NCBI RefSeq assembly: GCF_021869535.1 | Contig: NW_026262734.1 | Span: 100,254,001-100,318,000, forward strand | DNA length: 64,000 nt | Direction: 5' to 3' | DNA from: Mytilus californianus | Lineage: Eukaryota | Position numbers and translations under genes: made by a program | The notes under the pieces: generated by a model | Databases searched by the model: none | What the model was told of the DNA's origin: nothing | What the model saw: the letters and a program-made list of their open reading frames with translations, nothing else | Shown here: positions 50,270 through 62,590 of the stretch, piece after piece | Numbering within the stretch: the stretch's first letter is position 1 | How the letters are laid out: every line of letters starts with the position of its first letter

Positions 50270-51935
50270 TCAATTACACTTATAGACCAATAGCTCACTG
50301 TTTGCGCTATTAGTTTGAATTGAAATGAAAAGCTTGCAAAAATCTGTATTGAAAGCAAAACCATATCGGCCCTTCAGTCCGTCTTCTGTTGTCAACATGG
50401 TTTTTAGAGATTTATCTTCAGAACAAAACAGCTTAAAGTTTGATGCTTTGTATTCGAGAATGTAGACATTTCCTAATCTGTCGGCTTTGACCTCAATCAC
50501 GTGATTAGTACATTGAGTAGAAATAAATATATCTTTTCCATCATCTAATCTAACGCATTTCAATTCCGATTCTGCTATATTACCCTGAGCATAGTGAAGT
50601 TGATGTTTTTGTCCAACTGATATAGAGTGAACATCCTCTCTCTCAACATTAATTGCATGTCTTCTTTAAGTCACCGGTTTTGCTGATAATGTATATCTTG
50701 CCGTAACCACCGACGGCAATTTCGTCGTCAATTAGTGCAATGCCATAACATACTCCAGGTACTTTAATCAGTCGGCCCTTTTCCATTTTAACAATGTCTA
50801 CTGTCTGAACGCACGGTGTATCAGGCAGTGTTACCCATGCTGTATGTTTGTCTTCATCCATAGCTATCCCCCATTGACGTCCGTCCATTCGAATTGCCGC
50901 CAATTGTTTGCCTTTGTCTGACATAACAAATAATTTAGAACCGGTCCTATCACACAGGAATAATCGATTGTCTTTTGTCACACTTATGCCGATAACGTTT
51001 GCACCTGGTACTTTAAATTTTGTATCTAGCTGGAATTTTGTTGGAAGCTTTCTCTGTTGTTGCAGAAATTGCGCTTTCTGAGCCTTAAACGGTTTGTATT
51101 TGATATCAAAGGGAGTCTCTTTGATTTCCACTGAACCAAATGATTTCATAACGGACAGCAAATCAGACTCTTTATACAAAAGAGATGCAGCTTTTTGTGA
51201 CGACAGAAATTCTTGAAATTCATTGACATGACAGTTCAGTTCTTCTTTCATACTGTTTATCAACATGAATATTTGACTTTCAGATCCGTGTTTCGACACA
51301 GATTCAAACTGTTCAGAAATATTTCGTATCTCGTTTTTGCGATCACATATCTTGTTCATGTCACTTTTTGCTTTATCTGAGAGTTCAGTATGAACTTTGT
51401 CTATTTCACACATTAAAGCCACTGCAATTTCTTGAATGCGTGTCTGTAACCTCTTTTGAAAATACTGCACCTCTTGTTGTACAGCTACCTTGCTATCATC
51501 AATAGTGTATACACTTTTCTCCTTTTTGTCTTCAAGTCCGTTTACAGCAGCATTTAGCATACGGACATCAGTGACAATTTCTTCATATATTGTTGAGATT
51601 TTGACATCTTTCGCAGCCACTTCAATTGGAAGTATCTTGTCACATGATCGATGGTCACTAACCATACAAGACCGACAGCATAGTGCATCATGATCGGAGC
51701 AAAAATATTCTAAAACCATATCGGGATGAACTTTGCAGAATTTGCTTATGTTGAATCCTATTCCGTCAACTGCATGTATATCTATTACATGATGGGACGT
51801 GGAAGATTTCATGCTTCCGTGAAAGTCTAAACATTCTGAACAGAGCCCTTCCTGACAATCTGTACAATACTTTACAGCTTCAGTGGTTCTACTTCTTCTG
51901 TCACAGGTTCCACACAACAAGTTTTTTGACGCCAT
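50270..51935 (-). pseudogene. RING-less TRIM-like gene B (2 B-boxes, coiled coil, NHL-like beta-propeller) with one frameshift; about 553 aa if repaired
   Basis: ATG at 51935 (MASKNLLCGTC) after the acceptor TCGTTTCCAG|GAA. Relative to gene A there are 4 extra bases (TGCA, about 50654-50657). Removing them joins ORF 50649-51959 to ORF 50270-50563 through NVEREDVHSISVGQKHQLHYAQ. Confidence 0.88.
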
Positions 51936-53823
51936 TTCCTGGAAACGATAATAAAGCATATTTAATTACTAGTAATTACTACATCAGATGATACATCTGT
52001 CCACAAATCAGTTGAGGGTGGTCACGTTTTGTAGAATGACCATAACTTGATTATAAGTGTTTCTCTCCACATATTGCAGTTCTTTCAATTACATGTATCC
52101 GACCAAATTGCAATTTGTTAATAATGTGGAATTCAAGTCTTGTAGTATTGTAAGTATGCTAAATTTTATCACTTTGTACCTTGACGACTTTTTGTTTTAC
52201 AACTTTTCTATCATTTAACAACACGTCTCCTTTTCACAAGTTTTTGAATCGCTACAGGTTTGAGAATCAGAGCGCCAAATTGAAATCCCTCCTTTCAAAC
52301 AATTAACTCAGACCAAAGACAAATAGCATTATGAGGCTTTCGGGGATGTAACGATTTAAGATAAAATTGAGGTCTTGCTTAAGATGACAAATATTCGGAA
52401 GTATGCAAATAATTTTATAAGATAGTTTTGAAAGAATGAAAGACCTACGTTATGGGTTTTAAGGGAAATAATTAGTTTCAGTTGTTGGTTCTTGAAGCAC
52501 GGATAACCACGCCATACTGTTGGCAACAACAAGGATGAATTGAATATAAAATAATGCCACGCTAGTCCGGACGTAATGTCAATTCTAAAATGGGATGTCA
52601 TCTATTGAACTGCTTTAAAACAGTCACATCTGATCGGGGGCATACTATATGTTCGGAATGTACCACACACATTTCCACGTTGAAGACCCATTGGAATGAT
52701 AATCCTTGTGGACTTTCATGTACACAGGTTGTGCAAAACCTTTCACTCTGCTCAGGAAGTTCTCATTTTAGTGTTTCTTGTCGGCTCTCTGTCAATATGA
52801 AAGAACTTAACAAATTGAACAATTGTTCAATTTCTTATCAACCAAATATGCATTGAAAGAAACTGAACATAAGACAACAAATACCAGTTGTACGGTGAAA
52901 TGAAAAGCCTTAATTCGTCAGACAATCCGATCTATATCTTGGGATCATCCGAGTAAACAGTACAACAGTACTTTGATTTAACGTTTCCGTACAAGGAAGC
53001 ATAATATAAATGAATTTACCTTATTTTCTGTCTGGTTCTATTTACGCCTCTAGTCTTTTTTACGTATTTTTCATGTTTCTTACATTAATGCCTACCTGTA
53101 CTATTTTTTACACTTTAGCACCACCAGACTGTGATTATGTATACTTATACTTAGTTGATTAATTTAAAGACCATTTACCTTTCCTTAATATCAGTTCCAC
53201 AGGGTGGTCCGGATTTCAGTCGAGCGATAAAAGGTAGATAACTAGCTAGTGAATGTTTACTACCTGTGTAGACATGCTTATGAACAATCTATCCCCACAT
53301 TTACTTTCAATTTTGAAATTCACTTACACAATATATTTTACTTTAATAATTCGGGTTGACAATGGTTGAGTCACTGCAGTTTGAGGATAGAAACTGGGAT
53401 ATATTGAACGCAAACTAAATGAGCTCAGTGCTGTCCAGACGTGAAAGGCTATGTCAACATTGGTCGCAAAACTAAACAGAATATGTTTTAGATTTCCATC
53501 TTTATGATTCACCAAAATAATATTTCTTGTAAAATTTATTTCAGAAGTTTCCAAACCTGAGAAACTTATGAATATAAATCTCCTCACATGGATCATGACA
53601 AATGAAGATTATGATTTTAATAAATTATTTAGTATTTAATATAAAAAAAGAAATCCGCCCAAATGAGACAGAATAAGGGGTGCAAGTTACTTTAGCTAAA
53701 AAAAAAAGTGGCGGAAATAACCAAGATAAACTGACCAGGCCATGTCTCAAAACGTAAGACGACGAACTCAGACAACACTTCCTAAAACACTAAGACTGAG
53801 CAACATAAACCCCACCAAAAACT

Positions 53824-53855
<32 letters not shown>

Positions 53856-53861
53856 GGGGGG
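53824..53861. repeat. Poly-G tract
   Basis: G31-A-G6. Confidence 0.95.
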
Positions 53862-54938
53862 ATGTGGTATGATTGCCAATGAGACAACTATCCACCAAAG
53901 TTCAAACGAAGTCGTTGTAAGCAATCATAGGCAGTACTTACTTACGTACCCAATAAAAACAAGCAACAAAGAACAACACATGGTATATGTAGTCTGATTT
54001 AGTACAGGCGCATGCACAAAGGGGAGGGTATTACAAGCTTGGATTACCACCAGGATGAAGCCCTTATTTGAACAAAAATATATAAGACGGCATATGATAA
54101 AGAGAGGAGGTCAAAATGTCAAAATGTCACGGTGATTGCTACTACGAACCATGGTCTATTTGTTTTGTACCGTTCCTACTCTGAAGCTCATTTATTTGTT
54201 ATTATGCCTCAAATGCACATTGATAGAAAACCCTCCATTTTTTATCGCCAAAAAAAAATATGGGCTGAAAATATTTCATGATTATTACAATGACATGCTT
54301 AAAAAAATATATGGGCTGAAAATATTTCATGATTATTACAATGACATGCTTTTAAATATTCAAATCAGTGTAATTAAACTACACTTATATTACTTGCACT
54401 ACAATAATGCACATGTAAATAGCATTAAGAAAGGACAAATACTGACAAATCAAACACGCCTACAACAGGTTATGTAAAGTAAATGGCACATTAACCTCAT
54501 ATTTTAATAAGATAGAAAACATATTCTATATGAACCGACCATTCATCTTTTTTTTAGCTGGGGAAAGGGGGGGGGGGGGGTCTTAAAACATTTGTTCTCG
54601 ACTACAATCTAATTTTAGGCACCCCTTATGGAGCTCGGATCCCCATTACGGAGCTACATATATATGGTAAATGCATAGACTTTTTAAAACATGTCACACT
54701 CCTAACATTGCCTAGTTTGTCCCCTTTCAAATCCTGGATCCGTATATGATACAGGAACACGATTTTTGTTTAGATCTCATGTTGCATTAATTTTTTTATC
54801 TAACTTTTCACTTCCCTTTTGAAACATTTTTTTTTCACGAAATTAACGGAATCAACCAAGTTAGACCCCCTCCCTAACACACCTAAAATACGGATGAATT
54901 GTCGGTGCTTTAAACTGACCAAAAAATCGTTTCGCAAT

Positions 54939-56188
54939 GCTCTCAATAATGACGACTTCAGTATGTACACTAAAGAGATTTATCCTGCTGAACTGACTTT
55001 ATATAAAGCTAATACTAACAATGAACACTGCCCTTTCCTTGATCTTGATATCTTTATCTTTAACGGGAAGCTTCATACCAAAATTTATGATAAAAGAGAT
55101 GATTTTTCATTTCATATTGTTAATTATCCATTTTTAGATGGTGAAGTTCCCTTGTCACCATCTTATGGTGTTTATGTATCTAAACTTGTTAGATTCGCCC
55201 GTGTATGTAACAACGTATTTGAATTTATCGAAAGAAATCTCTGTATTACTGAAAAATTATTACACCAGGGTTTTCGATATCACAAACTAGTCAAAACATT
55301 TAGTAAATTTTATCATCGGTACAAGGACATCATTCGTAAATATAAATCAACATGCAGACATCTTACTAGCCAGTCAACACTGAGGTTGGGAGTTCGAACC
55401 CCGCTCGTGCGGGTGCACTCGACTCCAATCTTAATTGACTAGGATTGTCAGTTTTCCTATCGAAGGTCGGTGGTTTTCTCCGGGCACTCCGGCTTCCTCC
55501 ACCAATAAAAACTGGCCGCCACGAAATAGCCCAAAAGCGGTGCTTATAAGTGGCGTTAAAACACCAAAAAAATCAAATCAAATCAAATCAATGCAGACAT
55601 CTTATTATACGTTCAGGTATTCCACATCCAATCTTTTATGGTATATTATTCTATACAAAGCACAAAAATGTCGACATTCACCTCAAAAGCTAACCAAACC
55701 TTTAAACAGAATTATTCAGATTGGATATAGTTACATTATAGTTACGATACTGTTGTCGGATCATTAACGATGGCATATTTTGGTATTAACATTGATTCAC
55801 TCATAGTGTCTTTGCATCGGAAATAAACACATTTATTCTAAAACCAGTTGTTGGTATGATACGGGTTATGTTCTTCTCATATATTTTATGATGGTATGAT
55901 ACTAAACCCCTAACGGGATGGATTGTGCTTGATTTTCATACGATGAAGACATAATCTTTCAATCAGTTAAATTGAGGTCTGGAGCTGGCATGTCAGTAAC
56001 TGCTAGTAGTCCCTTATTAATTTATGTATCATTGTCATTTTGCTTAGTTTCTTTTCTTGCTTATTCTGGCATCGGACTCGGACTTCTTTTAAACTGACTT
56101 TTACTGTGCGTATTGCTGTGTGTTTGTTTATTTTACATTGGCTAGAGGTATAGGGGAGGGTTGAGATCTCACAAAACATGTTTAATTT
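54939..56188 (+). mobile_element. Naiad-type family 2 fragment interrupted by a SINE
   Basis: The C-terminal part of ORF 54819-55442 matches ORF 3735-4325, and the homology resumes after 55604. Confidence 0.88.
55366..55590 (+). mobile_element. 5'-truncated tRNA-derived SINE with (AAATC)n tail and 14-bp TSD
   Basis: B-box-like GTTCGAACCCC, conserved core GGTTTTCTCCGGGCACTCCGGCTTCCTCC (V/Meta-type domain), and TSD ATGCAGACATCTTA at 55352-55365 and 55591-55604. Confidence 0.85.
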
Positions 56189-56194
56189 TTTTTT

Positions 56195-56390
56195 GGCATT
56201 GCACAAGTCATATCTTCTTTAACAAACCATGACGTTAAAATACTAAATCCCTGGGATGTGTTGATTTTAGTCTCTGATGCATGATTTTTTGGCATTGCAC
56301 AAGTCATGTCTTCTTTGACTGTCCATGACGTTAAAATACTAAATGCCTGGGATGTGTTTTAGTTGATTTTAGTCTCTGATGCATGATTTT
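56195..56390. repeat. Two-copy tandem duplication, ~96-bp unit
   Basis: GGCATTGCACAAGTCAT at 56195 and 56291. Confidence 0.85.
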
Positions 56391-57329
56391 TTTATTATTA
56401 ATTGTTTTTGGCTTTTAACTAGCTGTCAGTAACTGTGAGTACTCTCAAATCGTATTTTCTTGTTTATATGACCTGTTCTGTTACTAATTGTAATTCTTTT
56501 TTGTTATTTAATGTTATTCAGGGTTATATCTGGTCTATATACCAGCTTTGATAAGTGTTTGGTATTACTATGAATTTTCACTTCTTCGTACTATCAACAT
56601 CAAAATTGTTTATTTTGTAAAAATATTTCCTTTCTCCATTTGAGAGTGTACATTGTTAAAGATGCATATAGGCCTAGATGAGCGACACAGGCTTTGTGGG
56701 GCCTCTTGTTTGTTTTTGTGTGTTTTGTATCGATCTGATGAGTTGAGCCCTTTTCAACTGATTTTTATAGTTTGTTATTAGATTGTGCTGTTAATTCACT
56801 GTCCCAGGTTAGGGGAGGGTTGGGTGCCCGCAAACATGATTACCCCCCTCCCCCCCACACACACACACGTTCTGTATGTGCCTGTCCCAAGTCAGGAGCA
56901 TGTAAATCAGTGGTTGTCGTTTGTTACTCTTTTTTTACACAAACGTACCAGGCCCTGAGTAGTTTTTCTCGTTTGAATAGTTTTGAATTTGTCTTTTATA
57001 GCTTAAAATCGGTATGGGTTTAGCTCTTTTTTGAAGGCCGTATGGTGGCCTATAGTTGATAACTTCTGAGTCATTTGGTCTCCGTTGGAGCATAGATATA
57101 GTGGCTATTATATCTATGGTTGGAGAGTTGTCTCACCGGCAATCTTATTTGTATATTTATATTTGATAAGATAAAAGTAGTTACATAAAATTTGTCTTGT
57201 TTAAACCATAAAAAGGTGGAACTAATGCAAGCAGTATTAAAATATCATTGCAAGTTCATTTATTGCTTTTAAAAGACTAATGAAAAACACTGAACTTTTT
57301 ACAGCAAGAAGAATAACCTAGCTGTTACC

Positions 57330-57530
57330 GTCCATAACCTCCTCGTGGTTAACGTGGCACCCATCATGGAGGGAGGTCGTGGGTTCGGTCCCTAATCCAA
57401 CTAGAACATAGGAATTTGCAACTCCTACGCTTAACATTAAGGAATAAGAGCAAAAACTGATCTGCGTCAATATAATTTGTATGAGTCAGAGTAGGGGAAC
57501 ATGTCTCTGTGAATTGACACGTTAAAGTCG
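57330..57530 (+). mobile_element. Degenerate tRNA-derived CORE-type SINE
   Basis: GGGTTCGGTCCC B-box-like motif and CATTAAGGAATAAGAGCAAAAACTG core, similar to the reverse complement of 58560-58610. Confidence 0.5.
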
Positions 57531-58410
57531 CGCGTTATACACAAATCCTTCAGACCCCATAGTCCATAATTGAGGGTGTGGATGGGGGTTTGCAGAATAG
57601 AGAATAATAGGCAAAAAAAAAAAAAAACAGAAAGAAAAATGGACCCAAAAAATAAAGAGGTGCTAAAATATAAAAAAAAAAGAATAATGTGCAAAAAGTA
57701 TAAAGAATATAGTCTGCTTTTAGCCACGCCAATTTATTGCCCTCTTTTTCCGTATTAGATTACAGACACTCTGTAGGACAGCATGTACAGGTTCCCAAGC
57801 GACAACCCGTTGCGCATCTGACCATCTATTATGAGGGTCTGGATGGAGGGTCTTTCATTTCTGTATTCTTTAATTTTTTGAGGCCATTTTTGCTTGGGGG
57901 AACGCCTCCCCCTTTTTCCCCTCCCACTTTTCTAAATATTTTTTGTGTGTTTTAATTACGTGGAAAATAATAATAGAGCGTCAAACTTTATAAACTAAAA
58001 ACTACTGTTATTGTAATATCGTATGGAAAAGGGCAACAACACATTTATAAGTGAATATAGGTTGAAATATCACAGAATATTTAAAACATAAATCATTTTT
58101 ACAAAAAGGGGAGTTTATTGCACCTAGCGCCTGTGGATAAAAGCTCTTTATTTTCATATTTCATATTTGGAGATTTTAGTCATATCATAAATGTTCACTG
58201 GTTAGTTTAGACAGATTGTATTTCTATTCGATTGAACAATGGGACGGTACTCTTAAGATTGTGTATACACTTTAAAGAGGTAAGGCCGTTTTCTCTTAAA
58301 ATTATTTCATATATTTTCAAAATGTTCTTAATAACCTTTACAGTTTTAGGTGCTAATCCAGGATTTTGAAAAAGGGGGCTGGTAAGCCAACGAGTGGAGT
58401 GATACTTGGG

Positions 58411-58708
58411 ATGATAATGGATGGCTGTTTAACGTCGAGTGGCAAATTAGATTAAAATTCAGAACGAGAGCATGCACATATGTGATACGAATATAAACTC
58501 TGCTTTGTACTACATCGACAATTTCACAAGGTCCGCCACAGAAAGACATGTCACCCTACTTGGACACATTATTCTAATTCCGAGCCCACCAGTCTTTGCT
58601 CTTACTCCTTAATGGCAATTTCACTTTGAATAGACCCGGCCGGGAATCGAACCCACTCCCTCTCGCACTCGAGGCGAACACGCTAACACGAGACCATTGA
58701 GGCGGTTC
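58411..58708 (-). mobile_element. tRNA-derived CORE-type SINE
   Basis: Minus strand: A-box-like TGGTCTCGTGTTAGCG, B-box GGGTTCGATTCC, core CATTAAGGAGTAAGAGCAAAGACTGG and tail GCCACTCGACGTTAAACAGCC. Confidence 0.8.
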
Positions 58709-59214
58709 AAATAGTTAAGATGAATAAACAGCCAATGTTGATCTTAAAAACATTTCGCTTCTGTCAGTATTTCCATATTTACTACAGTTTTTAGTTTTTA
58801 AAAGATATAAGACAATTATTTTCCTTTTTACGCTATGTTCGTGTTGTCCATTTTTGTTGGTTGGTCGTAATGTAAATCACAAACAAATACTTTTAAATAA
58901 GGATAATTTTATTCATGTTTTTTTGAAATTTGTTGAGGTGTTTGAAAGCGGACAATTTTTTAAACAGCATCGAAATGTCCAAATTTGAGAAATCTCATCA
59001 AAAGAGTTATCCACCTTTAACATGAAAATTTAATGTTCAAATACAGCTATTTCGATTTTTATGAGACGCGGGAATCAACATGACCAGATAGCTGAACAGA
59101 AGTGATTAAAGACTGTAAATTTCCAACAATTACAAACTTTTTGTTTTCTTTTGTACTAAGCTAATGTCTTTTAAGGAAAGAATTCTATCGTAAAATAATG
59201 ATTTATTAACATAA

Positions 59215-61810
59215 AGGCGAAAGACACCAAAGGGAAAATCAAAACTAATAAGACAAAGAGCGAGCGACAAAATCGTGACAAAAAAGAAAAACGACGAAAA
59301 GACAAATGACAGTTTACAAAACACTACATAAAAGCCTAAAGGGATTGATTGATTGGTGATTGCTTTACGCCGCATCCGCACAAAAAGGCTATATCGCGGC
59401 GAAAAGCCTAAAGACATGATAACCCATGCACCGAAAACTGGGGGTTATGCTACGGAAAGGTTAGGCCTATCATGATCCACATGTCGCACTTATGTGTTGC
59501 TCAACAGGTGCGGCTCCAAGATTTTGAAAAATTATGGAAAGGACAACATTAGGAGTAGGACTTGTAAACAATTTATGCATTAACCGTATATGCAGCTCCA
59601 TAAAGGGACCAGGCCCATCTATATTAGTCCCCTCTTAATCCTTCTTTTGCTCATGGTAAGTACACACTCGGAGTTGAGTCTCATTCGGTGATGTCACTCA
59701 CAATGTAAGAAAACAGGACGAGAGAATGGCTATAACAATTGAAACATATCATATGGTCATCTGTGACACAGATATTCAATAATGGTCAACCAAATGATGG
59801 CGCAGTTAAAACATCCGAAGGGATTAGAGTCAACTTTACCACTACCAATCCATGCTTCAATGGCTTGCTTGTGAGGAGCAACCCTATATCAAGGATCGAC
59901 TCGTCCTGAACATGTGCTGCTGAAATGTTACTACATTACCTGCAATGGAAGGTTCACAATTGGAAAGCTGAAATCATTTCTTTTTCGCAAATGTTTGTTC
60001 TCAGTCGTCCCTCATTTTCACTTCTAGATGTAAGTCAAGATAATTATAAGACTTAACAATATCGTGGATATCCATTTTTTTCAAGTTCGATGGGTTTAAT
60101 GAGTTATAGCCACAACATTTTTGATTATTTGGTGATACTTGGCATCATCTTTATAGCGGAATGTAAAGGATAGTGCTAGCTTCTTTCATCAGTTCTAGAG
60201 AATAAACTCGTGTATGAATATTAAAATAAGGAGATGGTATGATTGCCGATAAGACAACTATCCACATCAGTTCAAAGAAGTGCAATTACGGCCAACTGTA
60301 TGGCCTTCAACAATGAGAAAAACCAGTATCGTTTATAGTCACTATAAAAGGCCCCAACATGAAAAATAGGAAACAATTCAACTGCATAATTTATAACAAA
60401 ACAATTTACGAAAAACAAATATGATAGACATGAACCACCGACAACCACAGAACTACAGGCCACTGACTTGGGACAGGCAAGTCTGACTCATAAAAATCAA
60501 GGAACAAAACAGTACGAAGAGGAGCATAGATTTTTTTGTTATCATAGGAATGCCGATTTTTTTAAAAACGTATTGTCAATAAAAGAGATAATGAATCATC
60601 TTGACGATGTCATGTTTAGAGAATTATTGGTTTGAATTAATCAGAGTGCGGTTTTTTTTTCAATAAGCTAAACCATCCCTCGTTCCTTAAAACAAGATGT
60701 TTACATATACGGTTTACTTAGTCATATTTTTTTGTATGAATCAATTAAAGTTGGAGTAATGCTTTCAATATGTATGGCAAGCCGTTTTACTAGTTATTCT
60801 AACTTCAAGATATCTAATAAACTTTATAAGATATCTCATATAATTTATAAGACATCTCATAAATTTTTTGTTTATAAAATATCTTATGAAATATATGAGA
60901 TATCTTATACAGTTTACAAGATATCTTATATAATTTATAAGATATCTCATATAATTTTTTTTATAAGATATCTTATATAAAAAAATATTAATAAGATATC
61001 TTATATAATTTATAAGATATCTTATATAATTTATAAGATATCTTCTAAACTTTATAAGATATCTTATAAACTTTAGAAGATGTTTTATAAAGTATATAAG
61101 ATATCTTCTAAAGTAAATAAGATATAAAGTTTATAAGATGTCTTATAAAGTTGATAAGATATCTTATAAAAACTAAATTATATAAGATATCTCATTATAT
61201 GAGATATCTTATATATTATATGAGATATCTTATAAACTATATAAGATATCTTATAAACTACATAAGATATCTTATAAAGTTTATTAGATATCTTGAAGTT
61301 AGAATAACTAGTAAAACGGCTTGCCATAAATATGTCTTAAAGTTATTAGTGTAAAGAATATACATATACTAAGTCCAATGTGGTTATACTATTACAAGAT
61401 GAAAGAGACTTAGATTGTATCATTCTTACAGATCTTTGGAATATTTTAGTATCGGGTATGGTTGTTGATAAAAGAGAGATACAATTATAAATCAATAATT
61501 TGGGAAGAGGTTTAGTAGAGCATTTGGCAGACCCAGTTATATAACGTTGTTTGCATGTTATTTTGATATCCAGTAAAATGAAGGAAGATCGAGTTCTTCG
61601 TCTTCAGGGGTTGAAATTCCAAATGAACATAAGATAGACCAGTCCTATGATTGTTCAGGATATAGTGTCGTAGGAGTATATGTTGAGTTTCCAAAACAAT
61701 TATGGATTCATAAGCCACGCCTTTATCAAGCACTTTATGTGAATGCGATATGCAGCCAAAAACGATCAGTGGTGTTGGGGGCTTTGTCTGTGGAGATAGT
61801 AACATATCTG
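59215..61810 (-). mobile_element. Old, fragmented Naiad-type family 1 element with later insertions
   Basis: 59215-60180 resembles 33231-34080, and 61390-61810 resembles 34430-34870. Confidence 0.7.
60774..61327. mobile_element. 554-bp foldback-type DNA transposon
   Basis: Perfect 63-bp TIRs (ATGGCAAGCCGTTTTACTAG...), internal ~21-bp repeats around AAGATATCTT, and flanks CAATATGT / AAATATGT. Confidence 0.9.
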
Positions 61811-62192
61811 ATGGTCTGGATGGGGTTTACAGAATAGATAATAACTAACAAAAAATGCAGAATAAATGGCGAATAGGCAAACGAAAATTAAGAATAGAGA
61901 ATAATGGGGTGCTAAAATATACTGAAGAATAGAGATTAATGCGCAAAATAAATAAACAAGAGAGAAATATGGTATACATAATAAAATAAAGAATACAGAA
62001 AAGAAGGACCCCCATTAAAACACACTTATATCTGTCATGGAGATGAGACAGGTGATGAGCAACATTTGCATCTTTAAAGATAGATGTAGCATATGAGTGT
62101 TGGAACGTCCTTGTATATTGCCTAATGATGCATTACTTATTCAGAGGATTTCCTGTGGTAAAGGAGGGTTGAGGTGGGATAAAAGAACAATA

Positions 62193-62590
62193 TTTTTTAA
62201 CCGAATGATCGATTTCCGAAGGAAAATATCAGTTATTAATTTGGTGATGTACGGCGGCCGATCCGACGACCGGGCGGCTGCCAACTGAACAGTGTCCGTG
62301 CAATAACTTGAAAACACTTTGACGAAATCTTATCAAATTTAGATATGTCGTTTCCTGTGACTAAATGAAGGTCAAGTTCGATTTTCGCGATTCTAGCTTT
62401 TATCGTTATTGAGTTGTAGATCTTTAAGTAGCGAAAAGTGATACTTATAGCGTTGTCCGTGCAATAACTTGTAAACGCTTTGACGAAATCTTTTAAAATT
62501 TAGATATGTTGTTTCCTGTTACTAAAAGAGGGTTAAGTTCGAATTTTACGATCATTTTTCCATCGGACCATGCATATATTACAAGACAAC
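62193..62590 (+). mobile_element. Probable Helentron-associated (HINE/pearl-like) element fragment
   Basis: T-run followed by a terminal hairpin (TGAT..TTTCC GAA GGAAA..ATCA), a GGCGG-type low-complexity stretch, and two ~161-bp core repeats (GTCCGTGCAATAACTTG at 62294 and 62455). Confidence 0.55.

Larger units (their letters stand above)
40840..54945. repeat. Segmental duplication: block A ~40840-45935 and block B ~50050-54945
   Basis: Colinear similarity through the gene, the upstream intron and the 5' flank. The ATG-to-ATG offset is 9195 bp. Confidence 0.9.

Noticed and set aside
41139-51693. Plus-strand ORFs overlapping the TRIM-like genes
   Set aside because: Antisense shadows of real coding sequence with no independent features.
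58620-58708. tRNA-like sequence
   Set aside because: It is the head of a SINE; there is no complete cloverleaf and it continues into a CORE-type domain.
60732-61354. Tyr/Ile-rich repeat ORFs
   Set aside because: Translations of the foldback element's internal repeats.
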